Assembly: GCA_964016885.1 (NCBI GenBank)
Contig: OZ024742.1
Location: forward strand, 371,814,001 to 371,878,000
Direction of reading: 5' to 3'
Origin: Eledone cirrhosa
Lineage: Eukaryota
DNA length: 64,000 bases
A program made the translations under genes and the position numbers. Shown one piece after another: positions 27,861-42,000 of the stretch (position 1 is its first letter; each line of letters opens with the position of its first letter). The notes beneath the pieces were generated by a model, which saw only the letters and a program-made list of their open reading frames with translations, was not told the DNA's origin and ran no database searches.

Positions 27861-30800
27861 TTCTAGACCAGACAGCATGGCCCATTGGTTAGTGTGTTCG
27901 ACTTGACAATTACAAGGTTGTGGGTTCAATTTCTAGACCAGACAGCATGGTCCATTGGTTAGTGTGTTGGACTTGACAATTACAAGGTTGTGGGTTCAAT
28001 TTCTAGACCAGACAGCATGGCCCATTGGTTAGTGTGTTGGACTTAACAATTACAGGGGTGTGGGTTCTATTTCTAGACCAGACAGCATGGCCCATTGGTT
28101 AGTGTGTTGGACTTGACAATTACAAGGTTGTGGGTTAAATTTCTAGACCAGACAGTATGGCCCATTGGTTAGTGTGTTCGACTTGACAATTACAAGGTTG
28201 TGGGTTCAATTTCTAGACCAGACAGCATGGTCCATTGGTTAGTGTGTTGGACTTGACAATTACAGGGTTGTGGGTTCAATTTCTAGACCAGACAGCATGG
28301 TCCATTGGTTAGTGTGTTGGACTTGACAATTACAAGGTTATGGGTTCAATTTCTAGACCAGACAGCATGGCCCATTGGTTAGTGTGTTGGACTTGACAAT
28401 TACAAGGTCGTGAGTTGAATTTCTAGACCAGACAGCATGGCCCATTGGTTAGTGTGTTGGACTTGACAATTACAGGGTTGTGGGTTCAATTTCTAGACCA
28501 GACAGCATGGCCCATTGGTTAGTGTGTTGGACTTGACAATTACAAGGTTGTGGGTTCAATTTCTAGACCAGACAGCATGGCCCATTGGTTAGTGTGTTGG
28601 ACTTGACAATTACAAGGTTGTGGGTTCAATTTCTAGACCAGACAGCATAGTCCATTGGTTAGTGTGTTGGACTTGACAATTACAAGGTTGTGGGTTCAAT
28701 TTCTAAACCAGACAGCATGGCCCATTGGTTAGTGTGTTCAACTTGACAATTACAAGGTTGTGGGTTCAATTTCTAGACCAGACAGCATGGTCCATTGGTT
28801 AGTGTGTTGGACTTGACAATTACAAGGTTGTGGGTTCAATTTCTAGACCAGACAGCATGGCCCATTGGTTAGTGTGTTGGACTTAACAATTACAAGGGTG
28901 TGGGTTCAATTTCTAGACCAGACAGCATGGCCCATTGGTTAGTGTGTTGGACTTGACAATTACAAGGTTGTGGGTTCAATTTCTAGACCAGACAGCATTG
29001 TCCATTGGTTAGTGTGTTGGACTTGACAATTACAAGGTTGTGGGTTCAATTTCTAGACCAGACAGCATGGCCCATTTTTTAGTGTGTTGGACTTGACAAT
29101 TACAAGGTTGTGGGTTCAATCTCTAGACCAGACAACATGGCCCAACTTTTTAGTGTGTTGGACTTGACAATTACAAGGTTGTGGGTTCAATCTCTAGACC
29201 AGACAGCATGGCCCATTGGTTAGTGTGTTGGACTTGACAATTACAAGGTTGTGGATTCAATTTCTAGACCAGACAGTATGGCCCATTGGTTAGTGTGTTG
29301 GACTTGACAATTACAAGGTTATGGGTTCAATTTCTAGACCAGACAGCATGGCCCATTGGTTAGTGTTGAACTTGACATTTACAAGGTCGTGAGTTGAATT
29401 TCTAGACCAGACAGCATGGCCCATTGGTTAGTGTGTTGGACTTGACAATTACAAGGTTGTGGGTTCAATTTCTAGACCAGACAGCATTGTCCATTGGTTA
29501 GTGTGTTGGACTTGACAATTACAAGGTTGTGGGTTCAATTTCTAGACCAGACAGCATGGCCCATTGGTTAGTGTGTTGGACTTGACAATTACAAGGTTGT
29601 GGATTTAATTTCTAGACCAGACAGTATGGCCCATTGGTTAGTGTGTTGGACTTGACAATTACAAGGTTGTGGGTTCAATTTCTAGACCAGACAGCATGGC
29701 CCATTGGTTAGTGTGTTGGACTTGACAATTACAAGGTCGTGGGTTCAATTTCTAGACCAGGTAACATGGCCCATTGGTTAGTCTGTTGGACTTGACAATT
29801 ACAAGGTTGTGGGTTCAATTTCTAGACCAGACAGTATGGCCCATTGGTTAGTGTGTTGGACTTGACAATTACAAGGGTGTGGGTTCAATTTCTAGACCAG
29901 ACAGCATGGCCCATTGGTTAGTGTGTTGGACTTGACAATTACAAGGTTGTGGGTTCAATTTCTAGACCAGACAGCATGGCCCATTGGTTAGTGTGTTGGA
30001 CTTGACAATTGCAAGGTTGTGGGTTCAATTTCTAGACCAGACAGCAAGGCCCATTGGTTAGTTTGTTGGACTTGACAATTACAAGGTTGTGGGTTCTATT
30101 TCTAGACCAGACAGCATTGTCCATTGGTTAGTGTGTTGGACTTGACAATTACAAGGTTGTGGGTTCAATTTCTAGACCAGACAGCATGGTCCATTGGTTA
30201 GTGTGTTGGACTTGACAATTACAAGGCTGTGGGTTCAATTTCTAGACCAGACACCATGGCCCATTGGTTAGTGTGTTGGACTTGACAATTACAAGGTGGT
30301 GGATTTAATTTCTAGACCAGACAGTATGGCCCATTGGTTAGTGTGTTGGACTTGACAATTACAAGGTTATGGGTTCAATTTCTAGACCAGACAGCATGGC
30401 CCATTGGTTAGTGTGTTGGACTTGACAATTACAAGGTCGTGAGTTGAATTTCTAGACCAGACAGCATGGCCCATTGGTTAGTGTGTTGGACTTGACAATT
30501 ACAGGGTTGTGGGTTCAATTTCTAGACCAGACAGCATGGCCCATTGGTTAGTGTGTTGGACCTGACAATTACAAGGTTGTGGGTTCAATTTCTTGACCAG
30601 ACAGCATGGCCCATTGGTTAGTGTGTTGGACTTGACAATTACAAGGTTGTGGATTTAATTTCTAGACCAGACAGTATGGCCCATTGGTTAGTGTGTTGGA
30701 CTTGACAATTACAAGGTTATGGGTTCAATTTCTAGACCAGACAGCATGGCCCATTGGTAAGTGTGTTGGACTTGACAATTACAAGGTCGTGAGTTGAATT

Positions 30801-30899
30801 TCTAGACCAGACAGCATGGCCCATTGGTTAGTGTGTTGGACTTGACAATTACAGGGTTGTGGGTTCAATTTCTAGACCAGACAGCATGGCCCATTGGTT

Positions 30900-31900
30900 A
30901 GTGTGTTGGACTTGACAATTACAAGGTTGTGGGTTCAATTTCTAGACCAGACAGCATTGTCCATTGGTTAGAGTGTTGGACTTGACAATTACATGGTTGT
31001 GGGTTCAATTTCTAGACCAGACAGCATGGCCCATTGGTTAGTGTGTTGGACTTGACAATTACAAGGTTGTGGGTTCAATTTCTAGACCAGACAGCATGGC
31101 CCATTGGTTAGTGTGTTGGACTTGACAATTACAAGGTTGTGGGTTCAATTTCTAGACCAGACAGCATGGTCCATTGGTTAGTGTGTTGGACTTGACAATT
31201 ACATGGTTGTGGGTTCAATTTCTAGACCAGACAGCATGGCCCATTGGTTAGTGTGTTGGACTTAACAATTACAAGGTTGTGGGTTCAATTTCTAGACCAG
31301 ACAGTATGGCCCATTGGTTAGTGTGTTGGACTTGACAATTACAAGGTTGTGGGTTCAATTTCTAGACCAGACAGTATGGCCCATTGGTTAGTGTGTTGGA
31401 CTTGACAATTACAAGGTTGTGGGTTCAATTTCTAGACCAGACAGCATTGTCCATTGGTTAGAGTGTTGGACTTGACAATTACATGGTTGTGGGTTCAATT
31501 TCTAGACCAGACAGCATGGCCCATTGGTTAGTGTGTTGGACTTGACAATTACAAGGTTGTGGGTTCAATTTCTAGACCAGACAGCATGGCCCATTGGTTA
31601 GTGTGTTGGACTTGACAATTACAAGGTTGTGGGTTCAATTTCTAGACCAGACAGCATGGTCCATTGGTTAGTGTGTTGGACTTGACAATTACATGGTTGT
31701 GGGTTCAATTTCTAGACCAGACAGCATGGCCCATTGGTTAGTGTGTTGGACTTAACAATTACAAGGTTGTGGGTTCAATTTCTAGACCAGACAGTATGGC
31801 CCATTGGTTAGTGTGTTGGACTTGACAATTACAAGGTTGTGGGTTAAATTTCTAGACCAGACAGTATGGCCCATTGGTTAGTGTGTTGGACTTGACAATT
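30900..31900. repeat. Nested 7-monomer (490 bp) tandem duplication, also present at about 37410-38410
   Basis: The TTAGAGTG plus ACATGG marker monomer occurs at 30971 and 31461, and again at about 37479 and 37969. Confidence 0.85.
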
Positions 31901-33799
31901 ACAAGGTTGTGGGTTCAATTTCTAGACCAGACAGCATGGCCCATTGGTTAGTGTGTTGGACTTGACAATTACAAGGTTGTGGATTCAATTTCTAGACCAG
32001 ACAGTATGGCTCATTGGTTAGTGTGTTGGACTTGACAATTACAAGGTTATGGGTTCAATTTCTAGACCAGACAGCATGGCCCATTGGTTAGTGTGTTGGA
32101 CTTGACAATTACAAGGTCGTGAGTTGAATTTCTAGACCAGACAGCATGGCCCATTGGTTAGTGTGTTGGACTTGACAATTACAAGGTTGTGGGTTCAATT
32201 TCTAGACCAGACAGCATGGTCCATTGGTTAGTGTGTTGAACTTGACAATTACAAGGTTGTGGGTTCAATTTCTAGACCAGACAGCAGGCCCCATTTGTTA
32301 GTGTGTTGGACTTGACAATTGCAAGGTTGTGGGTTCAATTTCTAGACCAGACAGCATGGCCCATTGGTTAGTGTGTTGGACTTAACAATTACAAGGTTGT
32401 GGGTTCAATTTCTAGACCAGACAGCATTGTCCATTGGTTAGTGTGTTGGACTTGACAATTACAAGGTTGTGGGTTCAATTTCTAGACCAGACAGCATGGC
32501 CCATTGGTTAGTGTGTTCGACTTGACAATTACAAGGTTGTGGGTTCAATTTCTAGACCAGACAGCATGGTCCATTGGTTAGTGTGTTGGACTTGACAATT
32601 ACAAGGTTGTGGGTTCAATTTCTAGACCAGACAGCATGGCCCATTGGTTAGTGTGTTGGACTTGACAATTACAAGGTTGTGGGTTCAATTTCTAGACCAG
32701 ACAGCAAGGCCCATTGGTTAGTGTGTTGGACTTGACAATAACAAGGTTGTGGGTTCTATTTCTAGACCAGACAGTATGGCCCATTGGTTAGTGTGTTGGA
32801 CTTGACAAATACAAGGTTGTGGGTTCAATTTCTAGACCAGACAGCAAGGCCCATTGGTTAGTGTGTTGGACTTGACAATTACAAGGTTGTGGGTTCTATT
32901 TCTAGACCAGACAGCATTGTCCATTGGTTAGTGTGTTGGACTTGACAATTACAAGGTTGTGGGTTCAATTTCTAGACCAGACAGCATGGCCCATTGGTTA
33001 GTGTGTTGGACTTGACAATTACAAGGTTGTGGGTTCAATTTCTAGACCAGACAGCATGGCCCATTGGTTAGTGTGTTGGACTTGACAATTACAAGGTTGT
33101 AGCTTCAATTTCTAGACCAGACAGCATGGCCCATTGGTTAGTGTGTTGGACTTGACAATGACAAGGTCGTGGGTTCAATTTCTAGACCAGGTAGCATGGC
33201 CCATTGGCTAGTGTGTTGGACTTGACAATTACAAGGTTGTAGCTTGTATTTCTAGACCAGACAGCATGGCCCATTGGTTAGTCTGTTGGAATTGACAATT
33301 ACAAGGTTGTGGGTTCAATTTCTAGACCAGACAGTATGGCCCATTGGTTAGTGTGTTGGACTTGACAATTACAAGGTTGTGGGTTCAATTTCTAGACCAG
33401 ACAGCATGGCCCATTGGTTAGTGTGTTGGACTTGACAATTACAAGGTCGTGGGTTCAATTTCTAGACCAGGTAGCATGGCCCATTGGTTAGTGTGTTGGA
33501 CTTGACAATTACAAGGTTGTGGGTTCAATTTCTAGACCAGACAGTATGGCCCATTGGTTAGTGTGTTGGACTTGACAATTACAAGGTTGTGGGTTCAATT
33601 TCTTGACCAGACAGCATGGCCCATTGGTTAGTGTGTTGGACTTGACAATTACAAGGTTGTGGATTCAATTTCTAGACCAGACAGTATGGCCCATTGGTTA
33701 GTGTGTTGGACTTGACAATTACAAGGTTGTGGGTTCAATTTCTAGACCAGACAGCATGGTCCATTGGTTAGTGTGTTGAACTTGACAATTACAAGGTTG

Positions 33800-35750
33800 T
33801 GGGTTCAATTTCTAGACCAGACAGCATGCCCCATTGGTTAGTGTGTTGGACTTGACAATTACAAGGTTGTGGGTTCTATTTCTAGACCAGACAGCATTGT
33901 CCATTGGTTAGTGTGTTGAACTTGACAATTACAAGGTTGTGGGTTAAATTTCTAGACCAGACAGCATGCCCCATTGGTTAGTGTGTTGGACTTGACAATT
34001 GCAAGGTTGTGGGTTCAATTTCTAGACCAGACAGCATGGCCCATTGGTTAGTGTGTTGGACTTAACAATTACAAGGTTGTGGGTTCAATTTCTAGACCAG
34101 ACAGCATTGTCCATTGGTTAGTGTGTTGGACTTGACAATAACAAGGTTGTGGGTTCTATTTCTAGACCAGACAGTATGGCCCATTGGTTAGTGTGTTGGA
34201 CTTGACAAATACAAGGTTGTGGGTTCAATTTCTAGACCAGACAGCAAGGCCCATTGGTTAGTGTGTTGGACTTGACAATTACAAGGTTGTGGGTTCTATT
34301 TCTAGACCAGACAGCATTGTCCATTGGTTAGTGTGTTGGACTTGACAATTACAAGGTTGTGGGTTCAATTTCTAGACCAGACAGCATGGCCCATTGGTTA
34401 GTGTGTTGGACTTGACAATTACAAGGTTGTAGCTTCAATTTCTAGACCAGACAGCATGGCCCATTGGTTAGTGTGTTGGACTTGACAATGACAAGGTCGT
34501 GGGTTCAATTTCTAGACCAGGTAGCATGGCCCATTGGTTAGTGTGTTGGACTTGACAATTACAAGGTTGTAGCTTGTATTTCTAGACCAGACAGCATGGC
34601 CCATTGGTTAGTCTGTTGGAATTGACAATTACAAGGTTGTGGGTTCAATTTCTAGACCAGACAGTATGGCCCATTGGTTAGTGTGTTGGACTTGACAATT
34701 ACAAGGTTGTGGGTTCAATTTCTAGACCAGACAGCATGGCCCATTGGTTAGTGTGTTGGACTTGACAATTACAAGGTTGTGGGTTCAATTTCTAGACCAG
34801 ACAGCATGCCCCATTGGTTAGTGTGTTGGACTTGACAATTACAAGGTTGTGGGTTCTATTTCTAGACCAGACAGCATTGTCCATTGGTTAGTGTGTTGAA
34901 CTTGACAATTACAAGGTTGTGGGTTAAATTTCTAGACCAGACAGCATGCCCCATTGGTTAGTGTGTTGGACTTGACAATTGCAAGGTTGTGGGTTCAATT
35001 TCTAGACCAGACAGCATGGCCCATTGGTTAGTGTGTTGGACTTAACAATTACAAGGTTGTGGGTTCAATTTCTAGACCAGACAGCATTGTCCATTGGTTA
35101 GTGTGTTGGACTTGACAATAACAAGGTTGTGGGTTCTATTTCTAGACCAGACAGTATGGCCCATTGGTTAGTGTGTTGGACTTGACAAATACAAGGTTGT
35201 GGGTTCAATTTCTAGACCAGACAGCAAGGCCCATTGGTTAGTGTGTTGGACTTGACAATTACAAGGTTGTGGGTTCTATTTCTAGACCAGACAGCATTGT
35301 CCATTGGTTAGTGTGTTGGACTTGACAATTACAAGGTTGTGGGTTCAATTTCTAGACCAGACAGCATGGCCCATTGGTTAGTGTGTTGGACTTGACAATT
35401 ACAAGGTTGTAGCTTCAATTTCTAGACCAGACAGCATGGCCCATTGGTTAGTGTGTTGGACTTGACAATGACAAGGTCGTGGGTTCAATTTCTAGACCAG
35501 GTAGCATGGCCCATTGGTTAGTGTGTTGGACTTGACAATTACAAGGTTGTAGCTTGTATTTCTAGACCAGACAGCATGGCCCATTGGTTAGTCTGTTGGA
35601 ATTGACAATTACAAGGTTGTGGGTTCAATTTCTAGACCAGACAGTATGGCCCATTGGTTAGTGTGTTGGACTTGACAATTACAAGGTTGTGGGTTCAATT
35701 TCTAGACCAGACAGCATGGCCCATTGGTTAGTGTGTTGGACTTGACAATT
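33800..35750. repeat. Nested 14-monomer (980 bp) tandem duplication
   Basis: CATGCC at about 33827/34807, ACAATA at 34140/35120, AGCTTGT at 34571/35551. Confidence 0.85.
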
Positions 35751-38700
35751 ACAAGGTCGTGGGTTCAATTTCTAGACCAGGTAGCATGGCCCATTGGTTA
35801 GTGTGTTGGACTTGACAATTACAAGGTTGTGGGTTCAATTTCTAGACCAGACAGCATGGCCCATTGGTTAGTGTTGAACTTGACATTTACAAGGTCGTGA
35901 GTTGAATTTCTAGACCAGACAGCATGGCCCATTGGTTAGTGTGTTGGACTTGACAATTACAAGGTTGTGGGTTCAATTTCTAGACCAGACAGCATTGTCC
36001 ATTGGTTAGTGTGTTGGACTTGACAATTACAAGGTTGTGGGTTCAATTTCTAGACCAGACAGCATGGCCCATTGGTTAGTGTGTTGGACTTGACAATTAC
36101 AAGGTTGTGGATTTAATTTCTAGACCAGACAGTATGGCCCATTGGTTAGTGTGTTGGACTTGACAATTACAAGGTTGTGGGTTCAATTTCTAGACCAGAC
36201 AGCATGGCCCATTGGTTAGTGTGTTGGACTTGACAATTACAAGGTCGTGGGTTCAATTTCTAGACCAGGTAACATGGCCCATTGGTTAGTCTGTTGGACT
36301 TGACAATTACAAGGTTGTGGGTTCAATTTCTAGACCAGACAGTATGGCCCATTGGTTAGTGTGTTGGACTTGACAATTACAAGGGTGTGGGTTCAATTTC
36401 TAGACCAGACAGCATGGCCCATTGGTTAGTGTGTTGGACTTGACAATTACAAGGTTGTGGGTTCAATTTCTAGACCAGACAGCATGGCCCATTGGTTAGT
36501 GTGTTGGACTTGACAATTGCAAGGTTGTGGGTTCAATTTCTAGACCAGACAGCAAGGCCCATTGGTTAGTTTGTTGGACTTGACAATTACAAGGTTGTGG
36601 GTTCTATTTCTAGACCAGACAGCATTGTCCATTGGTTAGTGTGTTGGACTTGACAATTACAAGGTTGTGGGTTCAATTTCTAGACCAGACAGCATGGTCC
36701 ATTGGTTAGTGTGTTGGACTTGACAATTACAAGGCTGTGGGTTCAATTTCTAGACCAGACACCATGGCCCATTGGTTAGTGTGTTGGACTTGACAATTAC
36801 AAGGTGGTGGATTTAATTTCTAGACCAGACAGTATGGCCCATTGGTTAGTGTGTTGGACTTGACAATTACAAGGTTATGGGTTCAATTTCTAGACCAGAC
36901 AGCATGGCCCATTGGTTAGTGTGTTGGACTTGACAATTACAAGGTCGTGAGTTGAATTTCTAGACCAGACAGCATGGCCCATTGGTTAGTGTGTTGGACT
37001 TGACAATTACAGGGTTGTGGGTTCAATTTCTAGACCAGACAGCATGGCCCATTGGTTAGTGTGTTGGACCTGACAATTACAAGGTTGTGGGTTCAATTTC
37101 TTGACCAGACAGCATGGCCCATTGGTTAGTGTGTTGGACTTGACAATTACAAGGTTGTGGATTTAATTTCTAGACCAGACAGTATGGCCCATTGGTTAGT
37201 GTGTTGGACTTGACAATTACAAGGTTATGGGTTCAATTTCTAGACCAGACAGCATGGCCCATTGGTAAGTGTGTTGGACTTGACAATTACAAGGTCGTGA
37301 GTTGAATTTCTAGACCAGACAGCATGGCCCATTGGTTAGTGTGTTGGACTTGACAATTACAGGGTTGTGGGTTCAATTTCTAGACCAGACAGCATGGCCC
37401 ATTGGTTAGTGTGTTGGACTTGACAATTACAAGGTTGTGGGTTCAATTTCTAGACCAGACAGCATTGTCCATTGGTTAGAGTGTTGGACTTGACAATTAC
37501 ATGGTTGTGGGTTCAATTTCTAGACCAGACAGCATGGCCCATTGGTTAGTGTGTTGGACTTGACAATTACAAGGTTGTGGGTTCAATTTCTAGACCAGAC
37601 AGCATGGCCCATTGGTTAGTGTGTTGGACTTGACAATTACAAGGTTGTGGGTTCAATTTCTAGACCAGACAGCATGGTCCATTGGTTAGTGTGTTGGACT
37701 TGACAATTACATGGTTGTGGGTTCAATTTCTAGACCAGACAGCATGGCCCATTGGTTAGTGTGTTGGACTTAACAATTACAAGGTTGTGGGTTCAATTTC
37801 TAGACCAGACAGTATGGCCCATTGGTTAGTGTGTTGGACTTGACAATTACAAGGTTGTGGGTTCAATTTCTAGACCAGACAGTATGGCCCATTGGTTAGT
37901 GTGTTGGACTTGACAATTACAAGGTTGTGGGTTCAATTTCTAGACCAGACAGCATTGTCCATTGGTTAGAGTGTTGGACTTGACAATTACATGGTTGTGG
38001 GTTCAATTTCTAGACCAGACAGCATGGCCCATTGGTTAGTGTGTTGGACTTGACAATTACAAGGTTGTGGGTTCAATTTCTAGACCAGACAGCATGGCCC
38101 ATTGGTTAGTGTGTTGGACTTGACAATTACAAGGTTGTGGGTTCAATTTCTAGACCAGACAGCATGGTCCATTGGTTAGTGTGTTGGACTTGACAATTAC
38201 ATGGTTGTGGGTTCAATTTCTAGACCAGACAGCATGGCCCATTGGTTAGTGTGTTGGACTTAACAATTACAAGGTTGTGGGTTCAATTTCTAGACCAGAC
38301 AGTATGGCCCATTGGTTAGTGTGTTGGACTTGACAATTACAAGGTTGTGGGTTAAATTTCTAGACCAGACAGTATGGCCCATTGGTTAGTGTGTTGGACT
38401 TGACAATTACAAGGTTGTGGGTTCAATTTCTAGACCAGACAGCATGGCCCATTGGTTAGTGTGTTGGACTTGACAATTACAAGGTTGTGGATTCAATTTC
38501 TAGACCAGACAGTATGGCTCATTGGTTAGTGTGTTGGACTTGACAATTACAAGGTTATGGGTTCAATTTCTAGACCAGACAGCATGGCCCATTGGTTAGT
38601 GTGTTGGACTTGACAATTACAAGGTCGTGAGTTGAATTTCTAGACCAGACAGCATGGCCCATTGGTTAGTGTGTTGGACTTGACAATTACAAGGTTGTGG

Positions 38701-39059
38701 GTTCAATTTCTAGACCAGACAGCATGGTCCATTGGTTAGTGTGTTGAACTTGACAATTACAAGGTTGTGGGTTCAATTTCTAGACCAGACAGCATGCCCC
38801 ATTTGTTAGTGTGTTGGACTTGACAATTGCAAGGTTGTGGGTTCAATTTCTAGACCAGACAGCATGGCCCATTGGTTAGTGTGTTGGACTTAACAATTAC
38901 AAGGTTGTGGGTTCAATTTCTAGACCAGACAGCATTGTCCATTGGTTAGTGTGTTGGACTTGACAATTACAAGGTTGTGGGTTCAATTTCTAGACCAGAC
39001 AGCATGGCCCATTGGTTAGTGTGTTCGACTTGACAATTACAAGGTTGTGGGTTCAATTT

Positions 39060-42000
39060 CTAGACCAGACAGCATGGTCCATTGGTTAGTGTGTTGGACT
39101 TGACAATTACAAGGTTGTGGGTTCAATTTCTAGACCAGACAGCATGGCCCATTGGTTAGTGTGTTGGACTTGACAATTACAAGGTTGTGGGTTCAATTTC
39201 TAGACCAGACAGCAAGGCCCATTGGTTAGTGTGTTGGACTTGACAATAACAAGGTTGTGGGTTCTATTTCTAGACCAGACAGTATGGCCCATTGGTTAGT
39301 GTGTTGGACTTGACAAATACAAGGTTGTGGGTTCAATTTCTAGACCAGACAGCAAGGCCCATTGGTTAGTGTGTTGGACTTGACAATTACAAGGTTGTGG
39401 GTTCTATTTCTAGACCAGACAGCATTGTCCATTGGTTAGTGTGTTGGACTTGACAATTACAAGGTTGTGGGTTCAATTTCTAGACCAGACAGCATGGCCC
39501 ATTGGTTAGTGTGTTGGACTTGACAATTACAAGGTTGTGGGTTCAATTTCTAGACCAGACAGCATGGCCCATTGGTTAGTGTGTTGGACTTGACAATTAC
39601 AAGGTTGTAGCTTCAATTTCTAGACCAGACAGCATGGCCCATTGGTTAGTGTGTTGGACTTGACAATGACAAGGTCGTGGGTTCAATTTCTAGACCAGGT
39701 AGCATGGCCCATTGGTTAGTGTGTTGGACTTGACAATTACAAGGTTGTAGCTTGTATTTCTAGACCAGACAGCATGGCCCATTGGTTAGTCTGTTGGAAT
39801 TGACAATTACAAGGTTGTGGGTTCAATTTCTAGACCAGACAGTATGGCCCATTGGTTAGTGTGTTGGACTTGACAATTACAAGGTTGTGGGTTCAATTTC
39901 TAGACCAGACAGCATGGCCCATTGGTTAGTGTGTTGGACTTGACAATTACAAGGTCGTGGGTTCAATTTCTAGACCAGGTAGCATGGCCCATTGGTTAGT
40001 GTGTTGGACTTGACAATTACAAGGTTGTGGGTTCAATTTCTAGACCAGACAGTATGGCCCATTGGTTAGTGTGTTGGACTTGACAATTACAAGGTTGTGG
40101 GTTCAATTTCTTGACCAGACAGCATGGCCCATTGGTTAGTGTGTTGGACTTGACAATTACAAGGTTGTGGATTCAATTTCTAGACCAGACAGTATGGCCC
40201 ATTGGTTAGTGTGTTGGACTTGACAATTACAAGGTTGTGGGTTCAATTTCTAGACCAGACAGCATGGTCCATTGGTTAGTGTGTTGAACTTGACAATTAC
40301 AAGGTTGTGGGTTCAATTTCTAGACCAGACAGCATGCCCCATTGGTTAGTGTGTTGGACTTGACAATTACAAGGTTGTGGGTTCTATTTCTAGACCAGAC
40401 AGCATTGTCCATTGGTTAGTGTGTTGAACTTGACAATTACAAGGTTGTGGGTTCAATTTCTAGACCAGACAGCATGCCCCATTGGTTAGTGTGTTGGACT
40501 TGACAATTGCAAGGTTGTGGGTTCAATTTCTAGACCAGACAGCATGGCCCATTGGTTAGTGTGTTGGACTTAACAATTACAAGGTTGTGGGTTCAATTTC
40601 TAGACCAGACAGCATTGTCCATTGGTTAGTGTGTTGGACTTGACAATTACAAGGTTGTGGGTTCAATTTCTAGACCAGACAGCATGGCCCATTGGTTAGT
40701 GTGTTCGACTTGACAATTACAAGGTTGTGGGTTCAATTTCTAGACCAGACAGCATGGTCCATTGGTTAGTGTGTTGGACTTGACAATTACAAGGTTGTGG
40801 GTTCAATTTCTAGACCAGACACCATGGCCCATTGGTTAGTGTGTTGGACTTGACAATTACAAGGTTGTGGGTTCAATTTCTAGACCAGACAGCAAGGCCC
40901 ATTGGTTAGTGTGTTGGACTTGACAATTACAAGGTTGTGGGTTCTATTTCTAGACCAGACAGTATGGCCCATTGGTTAGTGTGCTGGACTTGACAAATAC
41001 AAGGTTGTGGGTTCAATTTCTAGACCAGACAGCAAGGCCCATTGGTTAGTGTGTTGGACTTGACAATTACAAGGTTGTGGGTTCTATTTCTAGACCAGAC
41101 AGCATTGTCCATTGGTTAGTGTGTTGGACTTGACAATTACAAGGTTGTGGGTTCAATTTCTAGACCAGACAGCATGGCCCATTGGTTAGTGTGTTGGACT
41201 TGACAATTACAAGGTTGTGGGTTCAATTTCTAGACCAGACAGCATGGCCCATTGGTTAGTGTGTTGGACTTGACAATTACAAGGTTGTAGCTTCAATTTC
41301 TAGACCAGACAGCATGGCCCATTGGTTAGTGTGTTGGACTTGACAATGACAAGGTCGTGGGTTCAATTTCTAGACCAGGTAGCATGGCCCATTGGTTAGT
41401 GTGTTGGACTTGACAATTACAAGGTTGTAGCTTCAATTTCTAGACCAGACAGCATGGCCCATTGGTTAGTCTGTTGGACTTGACAATTACAAGGTTGTGG
41501 GTTCAATTTCTAGACCAGACAGTATGGCCCATTGGTTAGTGTGTTGGACTTGACAATTACAAGGTTGTGGGTTCAATTTCTAGACCAGACAGCATGGCCC
41601 ATTGGTTAGTGTGTTGGACTTGACAATTACAAGGTCGTGGGTTCAATTTCTAGACCAGGTAGCATGGCCCATTGGTTAGTGTGTTGGACTTGACAATTAC
41701 AAGGTTGTAGCTTCAATTTCTAGACCAGACAGCATGGCCCATTGGTTAGTCTGTTGGACTTGACAATTACAAGGTTGTGGGTTCAATTTCTAGACCAGAC
41801 AGTATGGCCCATTGGTTAGTGTGTTGGACTTGACAATTACAAGGTCGTGGGTTCAGTTTCTAGACCAGACAGCATGACCCATTGGTTAGTGTGTTGGACT
41901 TGACAATTACAAGGTCGTGGGTTCAATTTCTAGACCAGACAGCATGGCCCATTGGTTAGTGTGTTGGACTTGACAATTACAAGGTTGTGGGTTCAATTTC

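Larger units (their letters stand above)
29340..40645. repeat. Block duplication with 93-monomer offset (6508 bp): about 29340-34135 versus 35850-40645
   Basis: The shared 2-bp deletion TAGTGTTGAACTTGACATTT occurs at 29361 and 35869. Rare variants follow in identical order (GGTAAC, GGCTGT, CACCAT, GGTGGT, GGACCT, GGTAAG, AGAGTG). Confidence 0.9.
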
